Shown here piece by piece: positions 26,995-39,621 of a DNA stretch of 64,000 nt (position 1 is its first letter; every line of letters begins with the position of its first letter). A model generated the notes under the pieces. The model had not been told where the DNA came from. It saw only the letters and a list, made by a program, of their open reading frames with translations, and did no database searches. Position numbers and translations under genes: made by a program. The DNA comes from Nanobdellota archaeon (GTDB lineage: Archaea; Nanobdellota; Nanobdellia; Pacearchaeales; GW2011-AR1). The stretch lies in assembly GCA_021799535.1 (NCBI GenBank), contig JAJZAH010000004.1, positions 6,450 to 70,449 of the forward strand. Direction: 5' to 3'.

Positions 26995-28053
26995 ATGCCG
27001 ATAATAGGATTATCAAGGGAAAGACGTAAACAACTAAATGAACTTCAGAAAAAGATCCTAATAAAACAAGGATACAGACTGGTGGGGAATCATTCAGCAG
27101 TTAAAGTATGCGAATGGACAAAAAAATCTCTTCGCGGGGAAGGAAATTGTTATAAATACACTTTTTACGGAATCCGCTCTCATCAGTGCATGCAGATGAC
27201 AACTTCGATGTTCTGTGCATCACGCTGCAAGTTCTGCTGGAGAGGTCAAAAAGCGCCCGTCGGAAAAGAATGGTATGGCCCGATTGACTCACCAGAGCAC
27301 ATAATAAACCACTCTATTGAAGAGCACCTAAAGCTTCTTACAGGGTTTGGAAGCAATTCAAAAACAAACGGAAAGGAGCAGGAAGAATTAAAAGATGTGA
27401 GACATGTCGCGCTTTCACTCACAGGCGAACCAATAACTTACCCTTTGATAGACGAGATACTTGAAGAATTCCACAGGAGGAGAATTTCCACCTTCCTCGT
27501 GACAAATGCCCAGTTTCCGGATGCAATAGAGAAAATAAAAAATGTAACCCAATTGTATTTAAGCATAGATGCTCCCTCAAAAGAAAGACTAAAAAATATT
27601 GATAGACCCCTTTTTTCAGATTATTGGGAAAGGACGAATAAATGCCTTGATCTCCTCGCCACACGCAGATACAGAACATGTATAAGGCTCACGATGATAA
27701 AGAAAGAGAATATGGAAAACTATGAAGATTACGCGAAGCTCATAAGGCGCGGCTCCCCTGATTTCATAGAGCTCAAATCTTATGTTTGGGTAGGAGAAAG
27801 CCAGAAGAATTATCGTGTTCAAAATATGCCATATATGGAAGACATGAAAGATTTCACGAAAAGGCTCCTTGAGTTCCTCCCTGAATATGAATACCTGTCA
27901 CGCCATGAATCATCGCGGGCAATACTCCTTGGAAGAAGGTCCCTCAATAAAAAGCATTGGATAAATTTTACAAAATTTTTTGATTTGGTCAATTCAAGAG
28001 CAGATTATAAGTCTGAAGATTATTGTTCAGAAAAAATGGAGGACAATAAATGA
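26995..28053 (+). CDS. taw1: tRNA 4-demethylwyosine synthase (Taw1/TYW1, radical SAM)
   Basis: 352 aa with CMQMTTSMFCASRCKFCWR (radical-SAM Cys cluster plus the upstream Cys) and LSLTGEPITYP. Confidence 0.85.
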   Translation: MPIIGLSRERRKQLNELQKKILIKQGYRLVGNHSAVKVCEWTKKSLRGEGNCYKYTFYGIRSHQCMQMTTSMFCASRCKFCWRGQKAPVGKEWYGPIDSPEHIINHSIEEHLKLLTGFGSNSKTNGKEQEELKDVRHVALSLTGEPITYPLIDEILEEFHRRRISTFLVTNAQFPDAIEKIKNVTQLYLSIDAPSKERLKNIDRPLFSDYWERTNKCLDLLATRRYRTCIRLTMIKKENMENYEDYAKLIRRGSPDFIELKSYVWVGESQKNYRVQNMPYMEDMKDFTKRLLEFLPEYEYLSRHESSRAILLGRRSLNKKHWINFTKFFDLVNSRADYKSEDYCSEKMEDNK

Positions 28054-28256
28054 AAGATCTGACAAGGCTATTCAAAAGTGCAAATGAAAGTGTGCTAAGA
28101 GGATTTGCATCAGCCCAGCTTGAGATCAATGAAAAAAGCAAAGATGCAGAAAATTATTTTAAGTCAAATAGACCAAAGAAAACTTACGAATTCCTCTTCT
28201 ATGGAGTAGGATATTTGGCCCAAAGATATAATTTTCTTTGGAGTAGAGGAGCGTGA
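28050..28256 (+). CDS. Hypothetical small protein
   Basis: 68 aa with an ATGA overlap onto the taw1 stop. No motif. Confidence 0.35.
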   Translation: MKDLTRLFKSANESVLRGFASAQLEINEKSKDAENYFKSNRPKKTYEFLFYGVGYLAQRYNFLWSRGA

Positions 28257-28267
28257 GTGAGTCTGCA

Positions 28268-28837
28268 TTAACCCGCATGCTCCTTTAGATCTTGCAGTGC
28301 TTTTTTCACTTCATCAATATTTGTTCCGTCATATCTTATCACCTGGGAATGTCTGAAGTCTTTGTTCATTTCGTTCGCAGGCATTATCACTAAGCCCCGC
28401 GGCCTGTGAGAAAGCCATCTTTCTATGTATTCGGGAAAATCATCAACAAGAACTTTCCCGTAAACAAGCCCTTTATCTCTTGTTAGAGTTATGTCAAAGT
28501 CCTCACCAAAATGTTTGTCAAAACATCTTTTCTTCCCAGACCACGCCGCAGGATTTCTTCTTGGAGCTTGAGTCAGAATCATTATCCTAAAACCCAAGTA
28601 TTTTGCAACTTCCAAAATATCCCACCCAAGTTTGAACTTCGGAAGGTTCTCCCACCATGATTCAGAGCTGGTTATTAATTCTATTCTTTTCTGAAGATAC
28701 TCTGGTCGGTTTTCATGACCAAATATAGCTTCTTTTTCTGCAGGGGACCGAATTTTTCCGAGATCTTCTCTAAGTTTTCCATCATAATCAAAAAGGGTCC
28801 CGTCAGAATCAAATAACGCCACAAGAGGTTCTTCCAT
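28268..28837 (-). CDS. HAD-superfamily hydrolase (5'(3')-deoxyribonucleotidase-like)
   Basis: 189 aa with the N-terminal FDSDGTLFDY motif (DxDxT) and a downstream VLVDD motif. Confidence 0.6.
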   Translation of the reverse strand: MEEPLVALFDSDGTLFDYDGKLREDLGKIRSPAEKEAIFGHENRPEYLQKRIELITSSESWWENLPKFKLGWDILEVAKYLGFRIMILTQAPRRNPAAWSGKKRCFDKHFGEDFDITLTRDKGLVYGKVLVDDFPEYIERWLSHRPRGLVIMPANEMNKDFRHSQVIRYDGTNIDEVKKALQDLKEHAG

Positions 28838-28859
28838 GATCCGGTAAAATAAGAAGGAT

Positions 28860-29114
28860 TTAATTAATTTTGTTTTTGACTAACAATTTTAGTACGGAAC
28901 CAAGAAATAAAAGACAAGCACCTGCAATTAAAAAAACCCAGTAATTTGGATTCTCAATATTAAAAGAAATCACTCCTCCGCTTAGAAAACTTATACCCAT
29001 TACAAACAAAATTTCTCCAATTAAGGCTCTAGCTTTTTCTGTTGAGATAACCCCTATCAAAAAAGTAAAAACTATCAGTGAGGCACAAATTAATGATAAA
29101 AGCAGTTCATACAT
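28860..29114 (-). CDS. Small membrane protein
   Basis: 84 aa with three hydrophobic helices. Confidence 0.4.
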   Translation of the reverse strand: MYELLLSLICASLIVFTFLIGVISTEKARALIGEILFVMGISFLSGGVISFNIENPNYWVFLIAGACLLFLGSVLKLLVKNKIN

Positions 29115-29117
29115 TTT

Positions 29118-29468
29118 TTACAAATAAACAATACCTTCTTTCGTCAAAGCGCAGAACCTTATTCCAACTGGGACATTTATCAGCGCCGAAACAAGAGCCA
29201 TATGCTCTTTACCATCGCCCGAAGCAATCGAACATGCAACTTCCATCCCTTCAAACTCCCCTTTAAGTTTTTTGGATAATTCCTCTTTCAGGTCAACAAG
29301 TTTCTTGTCAAGGTCAACTTTCACAAATTCAAACTTTTTCTCATGCTTGAAATCTTTTGCAAAGTCATTTCCTACGAGAATTATCTTATCCCAGTCGCCA
29401 TACTTCATGAGCCCTGAGACCTGAGCCCATGTCCCTTCGCCTTTTGATAATAATGCGACTAATTCCAT
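29118..29468 (-). CDS. Hypothetical protein
   Basis: 116-aa ORF with a 3-nt spacing to the downstream gene. No motif. Confidence 0.4.
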   Translation of the reverse strand: MELVALLSKGEGTWAQVSGLMKYGDWDKIILVGNDFAKDFKHEKKFEFVKVDLDKKLVDLKEELSKKLKGEFEGMEVACSIASGDGKEHMALVSALINVPVGIRFCALTKEGIVYL

Positions 29469-29533
29469 GGTTTAAAAAATAAGAAACTCTTTTTAAGGAT
29501 TATTGCTATGGAAAAATATTTTTGGGAAAAGAC

Positions 29534-29857
29534 TCAAAGCTGAATTTTCTCTCCGGATTTGGGATACACCACTTCAATATTTTTTTCGGGCTCATCAATT
29601 CCAAGTTTTTTTAATAAACCCTTTGGAATTTTCTCCCGACACTCCTTGAGAGCATCTTGTATATTCTTACCATTTAGTATTTTTGCAGAATCAAGAATCT
29701 TTTTCATTTCGAGACTTTCTTCGTGGTGATTAAAGAGATCCAACAGTCCGATCCCATAAGTATGAAACTCCACAGATTTTATCTCTTTTACATATTTGTC
29801 ATATGCCTCGAACATTTCTCTGATCTCATTTGCCGAATAGAATTTTTTTTCTTCCAT
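29534..29857 (-). CDS. Hypothetical protein
   Basis: 107-aa ORF. No motif. Confidence 0.4.
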   Translation of the reverse strand: MEEKKFYSANEIREMFEAYDKYVKEIKSVEFHTYGIGLLDLFNHHEESLEMKKILDSAKILNGKNIQDALKECREKIPKGLLKKLGIDEPEKNIEVVYPKSGEKIQL

Positions 29858-29904
29858 GCATTAAAGTGCAGAAAAGGATAAATAAAGGCTTCGAAAGATC
29901 AAAA

Positions 29905-29921
29905 GATAAGTAGTGGAACAC
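29905..29921. other. 23S processing-stem arm (pairs with 32767-32783)
   Basis: GATAAGTAGTGGAACAC is the exact reverse complement of GTGTTCCACTACTTATC on the other side of the 23S. Confidence 0.7.
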
Positions 29922-29949
29922 GACATAAGAAAAAAATAATTGAAGCTTT

Positions 29950-32755
<2,806 letters not shown>

Positions 32756-32991
32756 TTATGCCTAATGTGTTCCACTACTTATCTCATTGAACATAACGTT
32801 CTCGAAGCGATCCGGAAATCTTCCATTCCGAACCTTCAACTTTTTTGTTGAATATGATGTTGTTATTAACGATCATCCGTTTCTGATAAATCCCCGTCGA
32901 AATTCACGTCGGAAACCATCTTTTGAAATGGACCTGCCGTGAATTGGCTTGCGAACCTTGAAGGAATTCACGACGAATCCCGTTTTACGTA

Positions 32992-33062
32992 TGGACCTGC
33001 CGTGAATTGAACACGGATCTCATGCGTGCAAGGCAAGTATTCTACCGTTGGACTACAGGCCC
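32992..33062 (-). tRNA. tRNA-Ala (UGC) in the 16S-23S spacer
   Basis: GGGCCTGTAGTCCAACGGTAGAATACTTGCCTTGCACGCATGAGATCCGTGTTCAATTCACGGCAGGTCCA. It has the G3:U70 identity pair, the anticodon loop CTTGCAC and the T-arm CCGTG/CACGG. Confidence 0.8.
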
Positions 33063-33076
33063 ACGAAACGGATGAG

Positions 33077-33089
33077 TGTATGTAGAAGC
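33077..33089. other. 16S processing-stem arm (pairs with 34744-34756)
   Basis: TGTATGTAGAAGC is the reverse complement of GCTTCTACATACA. The helix continues after a 1-nt bulge. Confidence 0.65.
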
Positions 33090-33110
33090 TGTCCATGATC
33101 ATAAGTAAAA

Positions 33111-34562
33111 AAGGAGGTGATCCATCTGCAGGTTCCCCTACAGATACCTTGTGACGACTTAACCTACCTTGTCATGCCAAGGTTCTCCCCCGAAGGGTTT
33201 CACCCTAACATAACTCGGTTGATTTGACGGGCAGTGTGTGCAAGAGACCGTGACATATTCACCGGACGTTGATAACATCCGATTACTACGAATTCCAGCG
33301 TCATGAGGCTGAGTTACAAACCTCAATCTGTACTAAGATGAATTTTAAGGGATTGGCTTCTCCTTTCGGAGTTGCATCCCATTGTGTTCACCATTGACGC
33401 GCGCGTGTTGCCCAGGGGATTTGGGCTGTACTCACCTAACGTAGCCCACACTTTCATCCATATTTCTACGGCAATCTCTCTATTGTACACTTAGTAAATA
33501 GAGATGTGGGTCTTGCCTGTTACCTGATTTAACAGGTCACCTCACGGCACAGGCTGACGTCGGCCATGCAGCTCCTCTCAGCGTGTCAGGTAAGCCCTTC
33601 AGACTGACCTTCATTCTGCTGTCGCTCCTGGTGAGGTTCACGGTGTAGAATCTAATTGAACCGCACGCGTCACTCGTTGTAGTGTCTCCCCGCCAATTCC
33701 TTTAAGTTTCGGCCTTGCGACTATACTTCCCAGGTAGTACACTCTTCGCCTTCGCTTCAGCACCAATACCTCTCGAGGAGGTACTAATGTTTAGTGTGCA
33801 GTGTTTACTGCCAGGACTACACGGGTATCTAATCCGTTTTGCGCCCCTGGCCTTCATCCCTTACTGTCAGAACTGTCCTCGTAAGATGCCTTCGCTGTTG
33901 TGAGTCCGTTCGAGATTAACACATTTAACCGTTACTTCGAACGTACTTCTTACGTCTTCCAGTCTCTAGCTTAATAGTATTCCTTGCGCGCCCTATATTT
34001 AAGATATAGGATTTCACAAGGAACTTAGAAAGCAAGCTACGGATGTTTTAGACCCAATAAAAATGGCTGCGACTTGGACCGCGGGTATTACCGCGGCGGC
34101 TGGCACCCGTCTTACCCAGTCCTTATTCGCCGAACTTTTTAGATTCGGCAAAAGCATTCCAAATTGGAACGCACTCTGACTCAAACTATCACGCTTGCGC
34201 GCATTGTAGATGATTCCTAACTGCTGCACCCCGTAGGGCTGGGAATAGTGTCTCAGATTCCCTCTCAGGGCCTCTCCGCTAAGAGCCCTTACGGATCACA
34301 GGCTTGGTGGGCATTTACCCCGCCAACAACCTAATCCGCCGCAGCCCCTTCCTTAGGCTCGAGTTTCTGGGATAAATCTTTCCAGGGTATATCCCATATT
34401 AAGTGTTAACCTCAGTTTCCCGAGGGTATCCTTAACCTAAGGGTAGGTTAGCTACGTGTTACTGAGCAGTTTGCCTTTCAACTCCCGTGAAGGAGCAAAA
34501 AAAGACTTGCATGTCTAAGCGCAAGTCAGAGAGCCGCAGCCGCCAGCAGGATCAACTGGAAT
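33111..34562 (-). rRNA. 16S rRNA
   Basis: The 5' end is ATTCCAGTTGATCCTGCTGGCGG and the 3' end ...GGGGAACCTGCAGATGGATCACCTCCTT. Internal CCCTACGGGGTGCAGCAG and GTGCCAGCCGCCGCGGTAATAC are present. Length is ~1452 nt. Confidence 0.95.
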
Positions 34563-34826
34563 TAACAATTTTGTCATTTTACCGACGACGATAAAATAAA
34601 ATTGCGCAATTTCTTTGTAAGAAAAGAAATCACTTCACACATACTCCTACTATTGGCTTAAAGATCACAAACATTATGACAACAAATTATAATTTCATTT
34701 TAAAAAGATAAAAACCTTATTAATCGATTACAAAATGAGCACTGCTTCTACATACATCATACCTTATATGTGAAACATTTTACTAAGGCACTCATCATCG
34801 TTAATGAAGTTTTTAGAAAAAATGTG

Positions 34827-34834
34827 TTTATAAA
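34827..34834 (-). promoter_or_regulatory. Candidate rRNA operon TATA box
   Basis: TTTATAAA lies ~70 nt upstream of the 5' strand of the 16S processing stem. It is the same octamer seen upstream of many genes here. Confidence 0.35.
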
Positions 34835-34968
34835 TCTTTCGAGAAGACTATTTTTCCTGGGTTCAGAGAGCATCTTCCAGAAGCTATTGCACGGCAGAAA
34901 ATTTCCGTCGGGAAAACAGAAAACAAATGAAGATTAAGATTTAAAAACTCGCTTCAATTAATCTCCTG

Positions 34969-35199
34969 ATGGACGCAAGCGACGCAAACAATATACAGCT
35001 TAGAATGCAGGAGATACAATCGAATGCATCGTTCTCCGACGCACTCGGGAAACTTCTCTCCGGTCGCGCAGGGTACAAGCCAGTTATAGAGAAGAAAAAA
35101 GAAGTCCTGATGTGTAAAAAATGTATGACTCCGTTTTTGATACAAAAGCAGAAATTTTGCCATGAGTGCGGCGCAAAGAACGAAGACGCCACGAGATAA
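34969..35199 (+). CDS. Small zinc-ribbon protein
   Basis: 76 aa with a C-terminal CKKC...CHEC motif. Confidence 0.4.
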   Translation: MDASDANNIQLRMQEIQSNASFSDALGKLLSGRAGYKPVIEKKKEVLMCKKCMTPFLIQKQKFCHECGAKNEDATR

Positions 35200-35287
35200 A
35201 TTTATTTGCTGTAGCCAGATCAATAGAAATTCTCGTCGGTTAAACATTTGCAAAATGTATTTAATCCATCACATCCTTGATTTTTTT

Positions 35288-35665
35288 ATGGAACCTAAAA
35301 AAATCTATGTAATCCAGAAACATTATGCATCGCACATTCATTGGGACTTGCGCCTCGAGTTTGACGGAACCCTGAAATCATGGGCTGTCCCAAAGGAGCC
35401 ATCGAAGGTAACAGGTATAAAACGACTTGCCGTGCAGGTTCAGGACCATGAAAAAAGCTACGCTGACTTCGAAGGAACAATCCCAGAAGGGGAATATGGG
35501 GCCGGAAAAGTCGAAATATGGGACAAAGGAACTTACGACCTGATTGAGAGGAGCGACAAAAAGATTGTCGTAGACATACAAGGCAGAAAGTTAAAAGGAA
35601 AGTATATTTTGCTCAATTCAAAGCTTGGCGGAAAAAAAGAGAACTGGCTTTTTTTCAGGGAATAG
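35288..35665 (+). CDS. Stand-alone LigD-type 3'-phosphoesterase (PE) domain protein
   Basis: The internal start gives 125 aa. The motifs are VIQKHYASHIHWDLRLE, SWAVPKEPS, LAVQVQDHEKSYADFEGTIPEGEYGAGKVEIWDKGTY. Confidence 0.8.
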   Translation: MEPKKIYVIQKHYASHIHWDLRLEFDGTLKSWAVPKEPSKVTGIKRLAVQVQDHEKSYADFEGTIPEGEYGAGKVEIWDKGTYDLIERSDKKIVVDIQGRKLKGKYILLNSKLGGKKENWLFFRE

Positions 35666-35676
35666 ACCCTGAAAAA

Positions 35677-35964
35677 TCAATCATCTTTGTTGTAAAATTC
35701 ATCAAGTGTCTTGTAAGGAATGATTTCCTTATACTTATCAAAATCTTTTTCATCCATGGGCCTGCAAACTTTGCACGGCCGATATCCTTCAAGGATTGCA
35801 TTTTTCATTATATGAAAAAACACCCTGTTTTCTTTTTTCAGTTTTATTTTGCCGGACTTACAGCCAAGAGTTCCAAAAACCTTAAGGTTTTTGTTTCCTG
35901 CATATTTCCCCTTGACCTTGCTTTCAATAATCTCTCCGTCTTCAAGAATTCTGTAAAGCTTCAT
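35677..35964 (-). CDS. Ada-like zinc-binding domain protein
   Basis: 95 aa. The ...FFHIMKNAILEGYRPCKVCRP segment matches the Ada_Zn_binding C-terminal signature. It lies 8 nt downstream of the 1129-aa gene. Confidence 0.5.
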   Translation of the reverse strand: MKLYRILEDGEIIESKVKGKYAGNKNLKVFGTLGCKSGKIKLKKENRVFFHIMKNAILEGYRPCKVCRPMDEKDFDKYKEIIPYKTLDEFYNKDD

Positions 35965-35972
35965 TTTAAATG

Positions 35973-38900
35973 TTAATGAACAATCAGATTAAGTTTTTTT
36001 TCCAAGCGATTAAATTTGTCTTTATTTTTCTCAAGTTGATAATTCATCATTTTCATCTCCCTATAAATAGAGTCATCCTTGATTCCTTCCTCAATCAAAG
36101 ACTTGGCTCTGCTCAAAATCCCCATCTTGTAGTCCCAACCAGAGACAATATCTATAACCGGATCCAAATAGGATCGAGTCGATAGTAAAAGTTCTCCTCT
36201 CCCTCCATATCCCCCGACGATAGCACCCCTAACAGAAGCGGATTTCCCAATCATCTTTCTATAAGCTATAGTAGTTTGTTTTCCGACATCAAGTATCCCC
36301 ATCTTTCCTCTTTCTGCAATCGCACCGTAGTGGTGCCTGTCACCAGCGAAGTAGTAAACAGCTCCCTCCCTCGTGCCTGTAGCCTGCGCAGAAATCATGC
36401 TTATCTCACTCCTTCCATGCCACATCTTGTGCGTCGCGACTCCTTTTATGACTCCGTTAGCTCCCGGGAGGTCAATCATCTCATAAGTGAATCCCTGACC
36501 CGAAGCACTCTGTCCTCTCCTCAGAAGATTCTGCTCCTGATACTTCCTGTCGAACATTGATGCGACTACATTCGCCTCATCTTCTGCATTCCCTCTATGG
36601 GACCCCATCCAGTGGTTCCCGGCTCCGATAAAAAGAGGGATCTTATTTTCCATCAGCTCAGCATTAGGAGCATACAGTACCTCCATGAATGTAGCTTTTT
36701 GATCTTCCGGCTTAAACTTCGGCTGACCTTCCTCGAACTCTTTTGCATAAATCTGAGTAGCTTCAAGTATCTCTCCGTCGCTTGCACCTTTCTCCCTCAT
36801 TCTGTGCTCAAGTATACTGAGTCTCTTCATGAATCCAGGAACGTCATTTGAAACCATAAGGAAGTCATTTGTAGCAGACTCTCTCTTTGAGTCATAATCC
36901 CTGTACCCAAGCTCACCATGCAAGGCTTCAGTCATGATGGAATATTTTATGTTGTTGAATCCGTTCGTCTGCAAGGCAACAAGTTGGCTTGCTCTTATTC
37001 CGTCGATGTTCGACACTCTTCCAGGCATGGAGAAAGAACCGAGATGCATATCATTCTGCAGAAACACACGATATATTTCAGGCCTGACCTCATCAAGCAA
37101 TGAGTTAATCTCAGCTTTTGTCTTCTCCGATTCTTTTGCCTTCCCTTCAAGTTCGAATTTTTTCAGGTCTGATTCGAGCTGAGAATACCTCTCCCCGTAT
37201 TTCTTTCCTATTCCCTTGAGATAATCATCATCTACAAATATAGATTCGTTGCTTTGGTCAGGATGCTGGATATAAAATACCGGTCCGGTCGTATTCCCCC
37301 CTTTCACAATCCTTTTTGCGGGCCATGTCCCCTTGTTGCCTTTCACCATCAGAGTCCCGAGTTTCTGAGTGTCGTGTCTCGTTGGAAGTTTTATGTAAGC
37401 TGTGATTATTGGAGCTCTCGAATATTCTCCCTGCACTGTCGTCTGATCTACAGTCATCTTTTCTTGCATATTATATCCGTCAGCGCCCCAACTCGTCAAT
37501 GCTATGTCAGGAAAAGCAAAATCTCTCTTGTTATGTTCTTTTTTCAATCTTGGTTTAACCTTTCCCTTTTTTACACCCTCGGAAATCTCGCTCTCATGAA
37601 AACTCAATAGTTCACTGAATGTATTAAGCACAGGTTCATTCGATTTTTGGGCGTTTGTCCTTGGCATTGAGAGGATAGTTGTCCCTATTGGCCTGTTAGG
37701 ATCCGCCTCCCTGCCTTCAAGAGAATACTGGGGATCCGGAATCTCTATATTGATTATATCATCCGTGTGAAGGAAAAACTTGTGGCTTTTGCCATTAATT
37801 TTGCCCACTTCGGAGAAAAGTGTCTTGTAAAAATCCTCGTTTATCTGCTTTGTAACCATATAAAATGCTTTCGCTTCAGTAGGTGAAATAGCGATTTTCT
37901 TTGTAAACCACGCTGGTCCTTCGGAGAATTCGGCCATCAAAGAGTTCTCAAACCTTTCGGCATCATGGATCTTGTCTTCCAGAGAATCTATCTTCTTCGA
38001 GTTGGCCACAAATCGGTCCTGGCTTGATTCATAGAAATCTTTAAGTTTATTAAAAGTTGTCAGGTCTTCATGAGCTTTTCGGGTAGTGTCGTAGAACAAA
38101 GAATCGAACTCTTCTTCTTTCCTTTTATCGTCAATCTTTCTTCCGCTCACTTCTTCGTACCTTTTCTTCACCTTATCGTGGAGAGATTTAAGCATCTTTG
38201 TATCTGTCTTTCCCCTTGTCCTGAAAAAACTATCCATTATCTTTCTGTAATCTTCCCCGCGCTCCGGGAATTCGCCTTCGCCAAATTTCTCTTTTCTGGT
38301 GCTTACATGAGAGTACACCCTTTCTCCGATGAGCTTCTTGATGAGATTCTCCGAAAGTTCAGATTTCAAGCCCTCTAATTTTCCTCTCCATTCAGGAAGT
38401 TTCTTAGTGGCATTTTTCATCTCTTGGTGAAGCTTCCTCAATTTAGGAAGAAGGGTATCAAGAGTCTCGCTCATATTTGCATAATCATTATAACTCCATT
38501 GGTAATGTATCGGAATTTCTTCAGGGATATTAGCAAAAAGAGGAGCAACTTCGTGAGCAACGCTTCTTGCGGCTTCCTCTGTTGAAGAAAGCGTGTTTAT
38601 AACATTCTGTTCAAGATTTTTATGGGCCCTTTCGCTGAGCTTAAAGCCTCCTAAATCCAAGATTTGGTTTATCTTTCTGAGTTCTTCCTCCTTCCCATTA
38701 TCACCATTTTTTCCTGATTTATCAAGCCCTGTCAAAAGTGCTCTCTGATTTTTTGCTTTCCCAAACATCTGGATGAATTCCGGCATCAACCCCCCCTGAA
38801 TAACATAGCTTGAGAGCATTTCATTAAGCCCCATAGACTGGCGCACAATCTTCTCTCCCAAAAAAGCATCATTGTTCGTGAAAAGAGTTCCCGTCCCCAT

Positions 38901-39362
38901 TTCTGCAGAGAACACGTGGATTTTAGGAACACGGTAATCACTAAGAGTATCATCCCACCTTAATTTATGCTGATTTACAACTGCGCTAATCAGTGCCTCT
39001 TCTTCCCCAAAAAGGCCATTAGCAGTAGGCAAATATTTAGGATCTGGAATATGCCAGACATCAGCAATTTTTTTCAGCTGGGATGAAATTTTCTGTTTTG
39101 CGACTTCAAGTTTTTTCGATTCATGCTTGAATGAGCTCGGCTTCTTCGGATCATAAGCTGATTCATCGAAACCGGACATTTTCATAGCAATCTGATTCAG
39201 GGTCGGAACAGGGCTCTGAAATATCGTCGGAGTTATGTAAATGTTTCCCGTGTCTCGGGGACTCATCTGCTCAATTGCTTTCAAAAGAACTCTGTCCTCA
39301 GGAGTTATAAGAAGCCGCTCTTCCAAAACTTTTGGAATTTTTCCGCCTCTTTTTACTTCCAT
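35973..39362 (-). CDS. Large (1129 aa) protein with C-terminal divergent metallophosphoesterase-like motifs
   Basis: The N-terminal ~700 aa is charged, helical and unknown. The C-terminal part carries, in calcineurin-fold order, LQNDMHLGS (DxH), GAGNHW (GNH), THKMWHG and AGDRHHYG. Confidence 0.45.
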   Translation of the reverse strand: MEVKRGGKIPKVLEERLLITPEDRVLLKAIEQMSPRDTGNIYITPTIFQSPVPTLNQIAMKMSGFDESAYDPKKPSSFKHESKKLEVAKQKISSQLKKIADVWHIPDPKYLPTANGLFGEEEALISAVVNQHKLRWDDTLSDYRVPKIHVFSAEMGTGTLFTNNDAFLGEKIVRQSMGLNEMLSSYVIQGGLMPEFIQMFGKAKNQRALLTGLDKSGKNGDNGKEEELRKINQILDLGGFKLSERAHKNLEQNVINTLSSTEEAARSVAHEVAPLFANIPEEIPIHYQWSYNDYANMSETLDTLLPKLRKLHQEMKNATKKLPEWRGKLEGLKSELSENLIKKLIGERVYSHVSTRKEKFGEGEFPERGEDYRKIMDSFFRTRGKTDTKMLKSLHDKVKKRYEEVSGRKIDDKRKEEEFDSLFYDTTRKAHEDLTTFNKLKDFYESSQDRFVANSKKIDSLEDKIHDAERFENSLMAEFSEGPAWFTKKIAISPTEAKAFYMVTKQINEDFYKTLFSEVGKINGKSHKFFLHTDDIINIEIPDPQYSLEGREADPNRPIGTTILSMPRTNAQKSNEPVLNTFSELLSFHESEISEGVKKGKVKPRLKKEHNKRDFAFPDIALTSWGADGYNMQEKMTVDQTTVQGEYSRAPIITAYIKLPTRHDTQKLGTLMVKGNKGTWPAKRIVKGGNTTGPVFYIQHPDQSNESIFVDDDYLKGIGKKYGERYSQLESDLKKFELEGKAKESEKTKAEINSLLDEVRPEIYRVFLQNDMHLGSFSMPGRVSNIDGIRASQLVALQTNGFNNIKYSIMTEALHGELGYRDYDSKRESATNDFLMVSNDVPGFMKRLSILEHRMREKGASDGEILEATQIYAKEFEEGQPKFKPEDQKATFMEVLYAPNAELMENKIPLFIGAGNHWMGSHRGNAEDEANVVASMFDRKYQEQNLLRRGQSASGQGFTYEMIDLPGANGVIKGVATHKMWHGRSEISMISAQATGTREGAVYYFAGDRHHYGAIAERGKMGILDVGKQTTIAYRKMIGKSASVRGAIVGGYGGRGELLLSTRSYLDPVIDIVSGWDYKMGILSRAKSLIEEGIKDDSIYREMKMMNYQLEKNKDKFNRLEKKLNLIVH

Positions 39363-39621
39363 GAAAGCTAAAAAAGTTTTTAGTTTTTAAATTAATCTGT
39401 ATTTCAAAATATAATTTGAAAAGTTTTTAACCATTTCCCAATAAAAGGTAACTTTTATAAAATTCAGATTCGTAAGAATTTAAACCCCCAAAAATTTTCT
39501 TATTGTTATTGTTTTTTCCGTCGAGAAAACCCCTTGTTTGAACCAGAAAAAAATATGTAGTCAGGGGCATTGGAAAAAGAAAATATAAATAAGATTAAAC
39601 TATCCTTTTTGACCGGGGAAC

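Noticed and set aside
32823-32833. CCATTCCGAAC, resembling the 5S rRNA loop C consensus, in the tRNA-Ala/23S spacer
   Set aside because: It is on the wrong strand relative to the operon. The flanking sequence does not continue the 5S consensus (no ACGGAAGT...) and cannot form 5S helices.
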